Assembly: GCA_965637545.1 (NCBI GenBank)
Contig: OZ281500.1
Location: 7,626,001-7,690,000 of the forward strand
DNA from: Phallusia mammillata
Lineage: Eukaryota
Reading direction: 5' to 3'
DNA length: 64,000 nucleotides
Shown: positions 46,695-60,400 of the stretch, in pieces
Position numbering within the stretch: the first letter of the stretch is position 1
Layout of the letters: every line of letters starts with the position of its first letter
Notes under the pieces: model-generated
What the model was told of the DNA's origin: nothing
What the model saw: only the letters and a program-made list of their open reading frames with translations
Databases searched by the model: none
Made by a program: the position numbers and the translations under genes

Positions 46695-49600
46695 ATGATG
46701 CTTATTCGTAAAAATACACTGTTTTGTGCTGTACTGGGTATTGCGTTTGCTGCTACAGTGTGGGGTGATGAAGCAGATGGCGATGTGACCTTTCTATTGG
46801 ACAACGGCTGTTCCATCACCAGAAGACCAGTAAATTCAACAGCACCCCCAATGTAAGTGTTGTTGTTGTTTTGAATTTTCTTGCGTTAGACACAACAGTC
46901 AAAATACACAAGCTGGTAAACAGTTATAAAAGAGAGAATTTTGTTGAGGTAGCTTACCCATTGATAGCAAAAATTTATTCGTAAAGTATTTCAATAACTG
47001 TTGGATGTTTGATGTAGACCCTGGTATGGGATGCCTCTACCTCACTTGAATTGCTCAGGAGCCGGGCTTACAAGATTGGATGTTGAGGCCGTCGTTAACG
47101 ACACGAAGAGCATTTCTTTGTCTTATAATGATATGATCGAATTTCATGTCGACGATTTAAAAGAGTTTCCTGGGGTGGAAAAATTAGAGTTAAAAGTAAA
47201 TAAGCTCACCAGGGTCGTCGCATCACAAGACACGCCCGAAGCAATGATGAAATCCCTACGATATATTTCCCTAACGTAAGAGTCAAGTTGGTTAAGTTTA
47301 TTGTAGTTAAAACCGTATCAAGATAAAGAATCACAAATGATTGCTACAATCCGATAGAGGGCGCAAAAGCACAGTTTTTTTCAACTTTAGAAACTAAATT
47401 TAGTATAGGATCTAGGTATTTATGTTATGTGTAATATCGTTTTCTAATGAAACCTCACCCCAACCCAAATAACCCTAACCGTAGCATTTTCTTACAATTA
47501 AGATTTCAATGTTTCTTAATGCTCGTTGTGTCACCTATCAGTAAACTTTTGTTATTTGAAGCTTTATGTTCCGAAGTCATTCATTTAAATTTCATTAAGA
47601 AAAACGAAAAAGAATATCCACCAGATTTGTCATATTTTTTTTCACTTGGGTTTTAAAAGTTCATGGTTGATTTTTGTGAAAATATTTAGTTTGCAAAAGC
47701 GTTTTTTTCAAAGTCGATTTCAAATACCAGTTTCTTTCTTTGCGAGTTGAAACAACTTTTAAAGTGTACCCTGTGTTAAATCTCTACTCAATGCCAACAC
47801 ATCGGTCCGTTCGTAACTGCACGGTTACCTGTCATGCCCTGAAAGTCAATTTTTACCCTATTCATTGTTTTCTCAGCCACAACAAATTGACTGCAGTCCC
47901 AAACGCAGCTTTAAAAAGCTTTCCGGAATTGAAATTCCTAATTTTGTTCAGTAACGCTATTACTAAATTTCGGAACGATGATTTTCGGTACAACAAAAAA
48001 CTCGAGGTATAACAGTTCCATATACTGCATAAGTCCTTTATCAAACATTTCGATAACACAGTGCTCTATACCAACAGTTCTTGTATTTGGGGCCGAACCC
48101 GGTTGAAACTTTCGAAGACGATTTTCTCTCGAAAATGAATCTCACCGGATTAGGCTTGCGCTCATGTGGTTTAAAAAGTTTGCCCGTTCATATTGCGACA
48201 ATGACAAGTAAGTTTCCCTTTCTCAATTCAAATGTTTGTTCACTAGCGCAGTACCATTAACTACCAGTTTGTTTTGTCGAAGTGTGCTGAGGTTTTACAC
48301 ATGCATACCTGATTTTCTGACTACTTTATATAAAAACAATTTAAGGATGTATGTCACTTCACACAATAATGTAACAATATTAGATGATCTTTTCAAAATG
48401 TGAATGGCATCCACAACGACATACAAGTTTGAACAAAAACCTCCATCATTTTACACAAAAACATTGTAAAGAAATCAGGCTTTATTGCATGATGCTTTAT
48501 AGCTTGCTTTTCTAGCCCTGTACTCTTTCAGGGTTGGTCTATCTCGACCTTTCTGTCAACAAACTAACAAGTTTGTCACCAAATTCCTTTCGGGATTGTC
48601 GCCAGTTACGTTGGCTCGAAATTGCGTCGAATCAAATACACACCGTTGACGCATTTGCATTCAAAGGTACATATTGAAAGTTACACATTATTTATGTAAA
48701 AATGTGACATTTATGATAAATTTTGAACACATTCTAGGGGCATTTGCCTTAAAGATGATTGACCTTTCGGATAATTTGATTACTGTCATTCCAAACAACA
48801 CGTTCAGCGACATCAGCAAAGAACGTGTGGAAATTGATTTGTATGAGAATCCGTTGGTTTGTGATTGCTCAAATGCTTGGTTAAAAGGATGGTACGATGA
48901 GGTACGGTTTATGTAAATTTGGAATATCGTCCAAATTGAAACGTGGACAAACCTTCACACAGACTTAAATATTAAATGCGTGTTTAAGTTGGCCGCAAAA
49001 AAAATCATTTTTTCAACTATGTCCAACTATTTCGGACACAGCACTCCCATTAGTACAGGCCTATACCTATTAGTTCCATTTAGTTAAATATGTGGACCGT
49101 TACAGTATGTTATGTATTACGGCAAACACTTTAAAATAAAAACAATAAAATTTCACTAACCATTAGGCAAGAACTAAAAGCAAAAAGCAAATTTTGTAGT
49201 GACATTTGTTTTGGGGAACTAATTGGTGTAATTGTTTAATGTACCATTGAAAAGTTGTAATTTCCGTTTGATGACACACAACAATTAAGACGATAAAATT
49301 GTGCCAAAAAACATATCTTATAGGATTGTAACTTGTATTTTTAACTTGCTGTAAATAACAATCTTTCCACCAATATGGCAATATGTATTTGACTTTACGA
49401 TAAAAGTAATCCTCGAATTAAAATTATAAACTAGATTTAAAACACCAAGATTCGGCAATAAAATGAACGATGATCCAAGCGCAGGTTGTAGCATTTAAGT
49501 GTCGTTCAATATGGCGGCATTAGAATAAATGCGCATCGGCTATTTTTTACCGTTTCAGCTTGTTGAGCATGATATGTCTACCGAGCTGCGCTTCAAATGC

Positions 49601-52600
49601 GTACAACCATTGAGAAATCATGGAAAGAAAAGTTACCAGCTTCAACTTAGCGATTTCACATGCAAGGACGATGACCAGCAATGGCAAGGTTTGTTTTTGT
49701 AAAGAATTTTAGTGTTGGTAAATTGCATTGCTGACAACTATTCACGTGGGCGCCGGCACGTATGGGCAAGAGGAGAGACAAGCAATTCCACTGTGTACAA
49801 TTTAAGCCTATATGCTCATAATTAAACGATAGCGTAATTCATTCGTGTAAGTATGTATGTGTCAAAAGTTACCGCCTCTTCCAAAATTTTCTGCCGGCGC
49901 CGATGCCTATTTATACTATTTCAAGCTTTTAAAAGAAGAGCAATTGACAGTAAATATGCATCTTGATGTGTAAATATGACGCCGGAAGTCTGCAATCTTT
50001 AAAAAAATGTGAAAAATGCCAATTGTATTGCCAGAAGAGCTCTATACATCTGATATCATATACCTGGCAGCAACAGCTCTGAGAAAATGTATTTAAAATC
50101 TCCAAAATAGTTTTGTAAATTTGCGGCACAATGTTTTTATGGTGCTTTTTATCCATGTATCCACTTTACAGATTGTAACGCGCCATCACCCCCAGTGACT
50201 TCTTCCCCACTGACCGTAACCTCCACGACAACACCCGTTGTCGACAACCCAGCAGCATGTCCCGAAGGTTGCACTTGCTTCGATGAAATGGGCAAACAGT
50301 ATTCACCCGCGACCGATACAACTGATAGCAAACCAGGACTCCGTCAAATACGAGGGTTAACTTTTCTTTTCACTTAAAATAAGATTAGGACAATGCTGTC
50401 TGAATTGCAGCCAACCCAAATGCTATTTACCAGTTCAAATCGCTTAGTGATCTTAATAGGTTTTGGTTGTAAACATTAGTTTTAGAAAAAAAAATTGATA
50501 TTATTTTTAGAAAAAGTATGGTGCAACACAAAAGTGTGGTTCTTTGTAACTTGTGAACAAATTAAAAGAATTTTTTCGATTACAGATTTCGTTACAAGAT
50601 GTTTGCACAGCTCAGTGTGAGTTGTATTGGAACTGGATTGACTCGGATTCCGGTCGAAGATATGCGCTCTGACGTTAAGATGATAATTTTTTCCGACAAC
50701 AATATTTCGACACTCGACTTGGTTCAATTCAAGAAATTTAAAGACTTGAAAATATTAAACCTTAAAAGTAAGCGTGATGCCGCTTTCGTAAGTGCGTCTC
50801 GATGAATTTTTAAACAAATATTTTTGCTTTCAGGAAACGGAATAAAAAAGATAAAGGCTGCCCCCACAATGGTCCTAGAACAGGTCACCTTATTAAACCT
50901 TCGCTTTAACAATATTACGGCAGTATCCAGTTTGCATTTCAAGTCTTTTCCAAATCTTGAAATCATTACGCTTTACCACAACCAAATCAAATATTTCCCC
51001 GACAAATTGTTTTCTAACAATCGGTAAGTAACAGAAAAAACATCTTGGTTCTGCTTTGAGCTTTGTTTCTTATTTTCCTTTTTTTCTCAATATAGGAAGC
51101 TGAACCGCGTCTACCTAGGCCCAAACCCTATCAAGACGTTCAATTTTCACTTTCTCAAAGATCTTGACCTTTTCAGCTTATCGCTGCGAAAGTTGTCGCT
51201 CAATTCAGTTCCAGCGGAAATTTCCACCCTGGTAACAAAAATATAGTTTAAAATTGGTATGAGTTCGTCCACACACATTAAAACGTTTAATTTTTTTAGA
51301 AAAACCTTACTTTTCTTGATATGAGTGACAATTTTATTACGTCGGTGCCAAATGGAACATTCTCGACGACCAGTGCTCTATTCCGTCTCAGAATGGAAAA
51401 CAACAAAATCGAATCAATCGGGGTCAACGCTTTTAAGTACGTCCTAAACTAGTTTGAAAAACCCTCACATAAAATTCCACAACTATACCGCAATAAAACC
51501 TTCAATAACAAACCGACTAGGGCAGTGGTTCTTGACCTTTTTGGTGTGGTTTCCCACTAAAGTCAATCACCAACTTCGAATTTCCCCCTCTGTTATTTTT
51601 ATAAACATGTTTTGTGCCCTACGTTAACAAAAAAATATTCTTTAAATGAAATAATTTTGTGGAGCGCTTTGGTCTGGACCCTAACGGTATACTGCAATCT
51701 TATTTAGTTTAAATAGTGCTACTGTGAGAGATTAAACTTTTTGGAATACTGAAGAGTCTGCTATGCTTGCATTAGTCATTTATTGCATCACAATCAACAA
51801 AGGAAAGGCTTTTATTCGCGCACAACAGCAAAGTCATTGATGGTTTCAGTCTTGTCTGTGATGTAACAAATGGCCTTTGGATTTGTATGTGTCTTGTAAA
51901 CCTTGGTTAAATCAATCTTACATGTTGTTGCAGAACATTTTTAGTAATGTAGCTTTCAACGGTTAATTCAAAGCCGGATTGGACCCTCGTGCCCGCGGTT
52001 GCTCTTTTCAAGCTTACATAATTTCCCTCCGAAAACATTAAATTTCCCACCGGTTAAGAACCACTGGACTAGGGTTACAATTCGAGTTTGTTTGCAGTGG
52101 CGCCACGTTGTTGCAATGGCTTTACCTTTCCGAAAATAAAATCAAGACGCTTCCTGCTGGAGTCTTCTCAAACATCAGTCAGGAGAGATTGAAAGTCGAA
52201 CTGTGGAGCAACCCGATGGTTTGCGATTGCAATTTGAGATGGTTCAAGACATGGATTGAAGAGGTAAGTAACGATCTGAACTCTCAAACATTCGGAAACT
52301 GGCCGAACTAAGATAGTCAATGAAAACCGCACACCCTTTATAGAGGACAGTGGACAAATTGTGTGTCAAGAGGCATTTTATGTTATATTTTCATCTAAAA
52401 GCAGATGTTAAGCTATATATGCATAAGTTAGTTTTGCAGATATTTCATTTATAAATGTAAAAGTATCAAGCCAATAAATGACAGACGGTACCCACTGTTT
52501 TAGACCTAAATAGGCTGCAGACAATAGTAATACACACTGTTTTGGCCTATAGTCTCATCAGGGCAGCTGGTTTTACTAGCGTCTCCATGTAAATGTTGTT

Positions 52601-53494
52601 GTTTTTTCAAATATTGGTTTGTTTGTTTTTCGAGCGCTTCAAAAAGTGCAAGGTGGGTTTTGGTGTTGACAATTTTGTGGTTTGGGTTATAATAGACGGA
52701 GGAACGCGATCCAACAACTGACGTGCGATTCATCTGTACATCCCCATCTCGTGTTCATAACAAAAAGTCGGATGAGCTTACACCTGAAGACTTCGTCTGT
52801 GAAGATTCAGATAAAGGCGATGATGGGACCAACGCCAGTAAGTCAAAAAACTGAACTTGAGTATAAATTGGGCTATTCCTAAACTTGATATTGTCAAGTA
52901 AGCGGCCAAAATTAATATCTTGTTAAGTAAGGTGTGTAACCAAATCTGCACTTCACAAACCGGTCATTGTATTTACCCTAACACCAAGTCAAAGTCAAAA
53001 ATCTTTCGAGAAATTTTTGCCCACATTTATTCTGCAAATGATGCATAGGTATTTCAGCCAATATCTTCGCCCAGTATAACATACGATCTATAGTTTGATT
53101 TTGGTCAATGTAGGTCGTGCCGGGTTTTTCGTGTTAGGTTAGGGATTGATTTTGAATAAAACAGGCTTGGACTAGGCTTTATTAGGTTCATTTGTGCCGC
53201 AATTTTACCACCTGTCGGGTCTATTTGTTTTAAACCTCTGTGTTGAACACTTTTGCATATCGCTGATCCGCCTAATAATTTGGTAGTTGACATCTACAAT
53301 TTGAATACTTTGCAGTATCGTGTCAAGTGTGCAAAGTACCAGCTGGATCTATTGCACTGACCGCACTCCTAACATTTTTGGCAACAGCAATTTGCTGCTG
53401 CGTTGCGTGGCGATGTACGTTTAAACGAAGATATGGCGAACTGATACAGTATGCAAAACAAAGAGACAACTACGGTCAGATGGACGACATGTAA
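46695..53494 (+). CDS. LRR single-pass membrane receptor, paralog B (same exon structure as A)
   Basis: Signal peptide MMLIRKNTLFCAVLGIAFAATVWG; exon-for-exon homology with A (e.g. MPLPHLNCSGAGLTRLDVEAVV in both); TM SIALTALLTFLATAICCCVAW; tail RCTFKRRYGELIQYAKQRDNYGQMDDM* (TAA 53492-53494). Confidence 0.85.
49743..49905. mobile_element. Small MITE-like inverted-repeat element in a paralog B intron
   Basis: Left cacgtgggcgccggca and right tgccggcgccgatg are imperfect inverted repeats; absent from the equivalent intron of A. Confidence 0.5.
51523..52066. mobile_element. hAT (Buster-type) MITE in paralog B intron 12
   Basis: TIRs cagtggttcttgacc / ggttaagaaccactg; perfect TSD GACTAGGG (51515-51522, 52067-52074). 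Confidence 0.88.
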
Positions 53495-53859
53495 AAATAT
53501 TGGAATACTGGAAATGTTGGTTTGTCTTTGTAAAATCGTTCAATTCATGTGTACATCTAAACGCTGTTAATCCTGTGATTGTGGATCCGTGTACTTTTTA
53601 ATTTTATATCAGCATACGTGATGCAATGAAAAATAAATAAACTGTTTGTGTGCTTGATACATTTTGGATCTACCAGACTGCGTGTTTTCTTCCAGGTGAG
53701 CTATCATGAAAAAAATCTTTTATGAAAAACTAAAATTTTTTCAACATATTTACACAAAAATATATGACACAAGGGCGGACTTTTCATGACACTTACAAAT
53801 GTCTTTAGTTGTTTTTGTTTTTTCAATCCACAGTCGGCTGAGGTGCAAAGTACTCGGGC

Positions 53860-54291
53860 TGAGGTGTAATTTACGCAGAAGGTCATTTGCGCATGCGCAG
53901 CTAAATAAAAACACTCTTTGCGTGCGATTTGGGCTCCCATTACAGAGGCCGATCCCCGCGTGGAAGTTCGCGTTGCTCCGACCCGCGATAACGTCACAAT
54001 GACTTCCTGCGCGTCGATGCGGCGCTTTCCCACAGGGCAAGGAAAAAGCAAGCAGGCGACCCGGGACGCGAGGCATTCCCACGGAAGTGCGCCTGGAATA
54101 GGAAACCGCCGTTACCGCGATGCTTGGTGGAAACTATTGCCACTTGAGTCATTACGCTCCTGCATCCGCATGACACACAAGGGACGCCGAGTAGAAGCTT
54201 AGGAACAAAGACGGACTGGAAAAGAGTCACCAACAACGATGGTTGGATGTTAGCGGCACCCACTTAGTTGTTAAACATTGGGTTCAACAAG
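53860..54291 (+). promoter_or_regulatory. CpG-rich promoter and non-coding first exon of the VEGFR-like gene
   Basis: Sharp GC/CpG rise; perfect TGCGCATGCGCA (NRF1 consensus) at 53888-53899; ETS-like acttcctg (~54002) and cggaagtg (~54082); donor aag|gtttca at 54292. Confidence 0.5.
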
Positions 54292-54443
54292 GTTTCAGAA
54301 CAGGATAGGCTTGTATGTAAGGAGGATACAAGGTTCTTGAATTAATAGGCTTGTGTTTCGTATACAGGGTTAACACCACCTTTCCAGCATAGCGAAAATA
54401 TAAGTTAACGTTGTATTGTCTCTGAAGTGTGAAATAGCAAAAT

Positions 54444-57400
54444 ATGGGATTACTTGGAGCAAGTCTGGTGTTGGGAATATTGGTAACTTGTTCGTTTGGA
54501 GGTAAGAGACCATTTGTCTGTCTCAAAATTACTGCCTGACTGTTTTATTTACTTTTTTATCCCCCCAAACAGTCTTATCGTTAAAAAACTCTTTGTGTAA
54601 AAATACTTGCTTTCAAAAACTATTTTTGCTAGAAAGACTCAAGGGATCAAATTTTCTGGGGTTGTAGCTTTTTCAGCCAAGTGCCTTTGAAACTATATTT
54701 TAATTTAAACTTTAAAAACTGTCCACGTTTTTAGGTCGAATTGGAACGACCAGGCAGCGACAAGTTTTAACAGGTGACACAGTCAAATTGCGGTGTCAGG
54801 GCGATGCGCGGGGGCCACAAGTCGGACTTCAATGGAGTTTTCCGAAATCCATGTCTTCGAACGGTCGTGGAAGCGTTGTGCCAACTAAAACTGAAATCAG
54901 CGGCGGAAAACTAATACTTCGAAGTTCACTGAAACTCAATAACGCAACCACGGAAGACACAGGGTATTACGTGTGCAGATACAGGTTGCTAAGCAATGAA
55001 ACCAGCAAAGACTGGGATCAGCCTGAAAACTCTGCCTCAAAAACTTGGATCAAGCGTATTTACCTTTATGTTTACGGTTAGTTTTGAAAACGATATGCCG
55101 TTGGCTAGTGGTAGGGAGCGTTGTGTTAAAATCTTTGGTTTTTGCAGATGGTAGAACGTTACTTCTCGATGTGCCTGGAAAAATTGAAGCCAACATACAC
55201 AAAGACGTCGTGGTGCCTTGTAGACCAACCAGGGAAGATGTGGTGGTCGGTTTGTCAAAGTTAGCAGACGATACACCTGCAACGAGGGTAAGGGCACACC
55301 CCAACCAACATCACTGTTTGCAAACAAGCATTTCTTCGTTAAGTTTCATGTTTTTTGTTATCATATGATCTAAATGACCTATGGTCGATAATTTTCTGTT
55401 TTAAAGTTATCATATGATCCAACTATATCATATGACCTAAATGTATCTGTTGTTTTCAGTTGTCGTATGATCCAACCGCGGGTTTCACTTTACATAACAC
55501 GACTGACTATGATGTAGGCCTGTGGAAGTGTACAGCGACATACCAGGGAATAAAACATTACCACCGTTTTCTTCTCACTGTTAACAAAGGTAAAAAACAA
55601 CTCCCGTTGCTGCGCAGGCATAAGTCCGCAACGCCTGTATTTTTCAATTGCAGAAACCCAAAAACGAATGGGAGAGCTGTTAATCAAAGCCGACAGTTAC
55701 GCATTTCTATCGCAAAAGATCCGTGTTATGTGCGAAGTAGAGGTTCCCGGTCAAGCGGTAACATTTGAATGGATTGCACCAAACGGACGTAACCTCACTG
55801 GAGGCGATAAGGTATTTCTTTGATACATCCATGTTTGGTTTGTCTGCGTGGATGAAACTTAAATCAAATCGTTCATTTCCATAAAAGCAAGAGTGCAAAG
55901 TACAGAAATATCACCTGGAAGTTTATGAACAAACTATGTGCTACAAACCATTTATGGTTGAAGTATGACCATAGTGTTTTGTCATGGCATACCTTGTACT
56001 TCATTATTTTTATACACGTCTGAAAATTATAGGTAACTTACTTTGAACTACCTGCAAAGAGCAACGGTATGGACGTATGGCGAAGCTGGCTTACATTGTC
56101 CAGGGCAAGTCTTAACGACAGCGGCACTTACATCTGCGACGCCCTATACAATGGCAAACGCAAGACGGCAGAAACCGACATAGTTGTGTATGGTAAGCCC
56201 CACGGAGTCACGTTACTTAAATTTCCGCGAAGGGGTATTTTAAACAACTCGTGTCGTCTTCTTACAGAAACTCCGTACATAAAAATTACCGGTTGTTCGG
56301 CGAGTGGAGAAAATCAGACGAGCCTGAACGCTGTCAAAGGATACGAAGTGGCGCTTAATTTTTCCGTTGACGCTTATCCTGCTCCTACCTTTTCGTGGCA
56401 CAATGGCACTACTTTGCTTCGCGCTGATGGCGCCGATAACAGGATTGTCATCAAAATGTCTAGTCTCTTAATTCGTGATGTAGGCTATGCTGATGAAGCA
56501 ACATACACTCTGACAATATCAAATCGCGCAGATACCGTACAACGAAAAGTTTTTCTCCGTGTAATCGGTAAGGATCTTGTGCTTGTGAACTTTCCTGGCA
56601 GCAAATTAAGTTTATTAATAATTTACAGAACCGGAAAAGCCAAGAATACTAGAAATTGCTGAAGAGGTCGTAGTGGACCTTGGGTTGGATTATGAGGTGG
56701 CTTGCAAAGTTTCTGGCGTTCCCACTCCTGAAATCATGTGGTATCACAACGAAATTCCAATACCTCAAGGTTTAACTCAAACCATTCTGTAACTTGTACA
56801 CTCCACTGGTTGGTAGTTAACATATATATATGAAATCTTAGCCACCACTGAAGAGCTAAAAATCACAAGAGTGCAAGCCGAGGATGGGGGTACATACACC
56901 TGTCATGCTCGTAACGGACTGGGAGAAGCAACGCGCCAACAGATCTTACATATCAATGGTAAGAGAAGTTCATGTATTATTATTGCATTATAGTCGTCAT
57001 TACCCAAAACTGTTTTACTTTTTAGATGCAAACCAGCTTCATCGCATCCTATTCTCGTCTTTGTCCGTCGTAATGTTTCTCACTATTGTGTGCGGGGCAT
57101 GGATGCTTATCTCCAAGATGAGAAGAATCAAGAAAGTACGTGATGCACTGTTAACCATTCACAAACATTGCAAAAAACAAAATCTTATTTCAACAGCTTC
57201 AACGACAACTAAGGCTGGAGCAAAAATATCTGGTCCCTGTGCTCGATATCAAGCAGATGCCAGTGGAGGAACACGCTCAATGTTTGTCTTACGATCCCAA
57301 GAAATGGGAATTCCCGAGAGATCGTCTAAAGTTTGGCAAGACTCTTGGCCGTGGGGCGTTCGGCAAAGTGGTGCAGGCGACCGCCTTTGATCTCGAGCGT

Positions 57401-60400
57401 TCCTCTTCCTGCAAAACCGTGGCTGTGAAAATGCTCAAAGGTGAGAAATTTCAACAAACGGCAGACGCGCGTGTACTTTTCTCCAAGTTGAACGTTGCCC
57501 AGATCATCGCTATTTATGTCCGCGACATATTTACCTTTGTGTATTTTGCACTGAGAAAGTCTTTGCTTGAACTTGCTTTAAATTTAGTCACCGTCACTCA
57601 GCGATATTCTTATTCAGATTTGCCCTAGCGTTATTTGGGCTCAAGATTTCAATATTCGGGGTATGACTTCCGCTTTGGAGTCAGCGTGACATTGCTGTGT
57701 GCCCCTGGTCGTGCGCCACAGGTCTTTGGCGAGTCACAGGTTTTCACACTACCCAACCCGGTATTCGATGGCAGCGCACTGATCTGCTTAACCGCACAAT
57801 ACGCTAGTAATATTGTTCCATTTATGGAGTGGCGCCGTAAGTCTGCCTCGATTGGTCATATTTTCCAATACAGCAATCGGAAACTATCCTCAGCGCTGCT
57901 TCCTCGCCGCTGCCCGAACTCCGATCCAATCTGACATTTACATTGGACATTTTGCGTAAGCGTTACGTCACGCGAACCAGCGTTCACACAATTTGCAGCC
58001 ACAAAAACAAAAAAATTAAAGGCCATTTTGCATGTATGTTCTAAAAGGAGTTGTAGGGCTCGATATTTAAAACAACGTTTTGCGGATACCAATTGTAAAA
58101 TGAACCCACGCGGATCAATTTGATGTGTTTCCTTATCCACGTAGTTGCGGTTTTAATTGCACTAATTGGCATCTGGGACAAATGTAATTGAAATCATATG
58201 TGACACTTTTTTTTACAGTGGGATCCCGAAGCAGCGAATACAGCGCCTTGATGTCAGAACTCAAAATTCTTATTCACCTTGGCTCCCATTTGAACATTGT
58301 CAATCTGTTGGGCGCTTGTACGACAAAAGATGGTAAAAGCACCTTTTTTGATCTGTTTGCATTTAATTTATTTTGTGCGAGGTTTGTGAATTTAAAACTC
58401 TTCAATTCTAGGTCCACTGATGATCATTGTGGAGTACTGTCGCCATGGCAACTTATCGACTTACTTGAGAGGCATGCGTGATTGTTATGTTGGCGGACGA
58501 GTCGACGGAGCCGAGAAAAAAGTGCTCAGTAACGACTCAAAAAAATGCCGGCTCTTAAGTGAGGACTCAACGGACGACGGAGCCTTCTCGGGTCTGGAGA
58601 ACGACAGATCGAGCTGGTTGACTGACAAACGAGTGAGCCGAGCTTCGTGTACAAGCGCTGCTGACACTGTAGCGTCGCAAGAATGTGAGATCACTGGACA
58701 AACCAACTTGTCAAGGTATGGTTGAGATATGCTTTTGGGCGATGTTGGATTCAGGCTGTTTAATCACATGCATACGCGTAAAATATGAAAAAGTATCGGC
58801 TTTTTGAGTTTCTTGACCTGTATTAGTGAAAATGTTTGAACCAGTCATGTCACAGTTTGTAGTGGTAACTTGTTAGCATGTCTTAAGGTTTGCACCTTAC
58901 AAAAAATCGTTATCTCTTTTCGACTATGCATCCAACAGCATACAGTCAAACTTGTAAAGTCGAATGTTTTGGTTTCCCTTTATAGCCATTAACTATACGA
59001 TTGTTGTTGTTTTAGCGGTTGCGAAGATAGTCGGATGAGTTTGCGGAAAGTGTCGGAAACAAACGAAGACGACAAGGAGAAAAAAGATGAAAAGACAACT
59101 CTTACCCTCACCGATCTGCTCTCGTACAGTCTTCAAGTTGCAAGAGGGATGGAGTTTTTGGCATCGAAAAAGGTAAATATAAAAATCAAACACCACTAGA
59201 GAAACTCCGTTTAATTTAGTTTCCGTGATGAAAATCAGTTACGTTTTGAAAGCTAACATTTTTTGACGCCGTTTAGCAACAAAACTTCAAATGCAAACTG
59301 CTGAAAACCTATCGTAAAACGTATTATGAAAATTTTTTAAATCAGAACAAAAAAACGAACAAATTTACTATGTCAGTGCATGGGAGTTCGTAGACAGCCG
59401 GTCGCCTCATTTCCTGCGATATTTACAATTGGGGGTGAAAGTTGGTGCGTGTGCTTGTGGGAAAGTTACCTTCTCTTCTCCGTTTGGCATCAATAGAGTA
59501 GCAATCGCCAATTGTTGAATACGCGGTGACTGTTTTGCAGGAAACTGATTTGTTAAATATCCTCGCAGTGAACTTTATATCGGACCTATCTCGTTTCTTG
59601 GCCGATCGCGTGGAGTTTAATCAATCGAAAAACTGTTTGTTGCATTCCTGTGGACATATGGCACCCGCGTTCGGCTGATAAGGTGTTATTTGTAATCAAC
59701 TTGCCAAATACCACATATTAATTCTTTACAACGACTGAGCAATGTCGCCAGTACCGTATTTAGATCCAGCCTGTGGAATGAATCAACGAGTAGAATTTTT
59801 GTTATGAAAGTTACCGATTCCAAGTTTGGCCATCTAGCCTGAATCGTGGTCAAAACATTTTCATTTTTGCAGTGCATTCACCGAGACTTGGCAGCAAGAA
59901 ACGTGCTGATCTCCGATTACCAAGTGGTAAAAATTTGCGACTTCGGTCTTGCAAGAGACGTCTACAAAGATCCGGATTATATTCAAAACGGAGAAGCGCG
60001 TCTTCCTATCAAATGGATGGCACCAGAGTCGATTTTTGACAAGATTTACTCCACAAAAAGCGATGTGTAGGTTTCTCATATTAATTAACATAATATTTTC
60101 GAAAAAATGGTGATCGAGAATTTTGGTTAATTAGGTGGTCGTTCGGAGTCTTGCTTTGGGAAATATTCAGCCTTGGTGGATCGCCTTACCCTGGTATACA
60201 AATGGACAAAGATTTCTGTAATAAACTGAAGCGAGGTGTACGAATGAGCAAACCCGAATATTCATCAGATTCAGCGTGAGTTAAAATCAAATTATGAGTT
60301 GTTTGCTTTTTTCATATTGGATTCAACCAATTGTTTTTCTTTAGATATTCCAATATGCTGGCTTGTTGGGCAAACCAACCAGAAGAACGACCAACCTTCA

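Noticed and set aside
47455-47480. Telomere-like (ccctaa) motifs here and near 43710, 52975 and 53135
   Set aside because: Only one or two degenerate units each; could be Helitron-like remnants, but no termini are identifiable.
40809-53494. Calling the LRR genes Toll-like receptors, LRRC66 or Slit
   Set aside because: No TIR domain, no long LRRC66-type tail and no EGF/LamG domains; orthology cannot be supported without a search.
53704-54263. Several ORFs of 67-115 aa upstream of VEGFR
   Set aside because: A by-product of the GC-rich promoter and 5' UTR; none joins the VEGFR frame, whose signal peptide starts at 54444.
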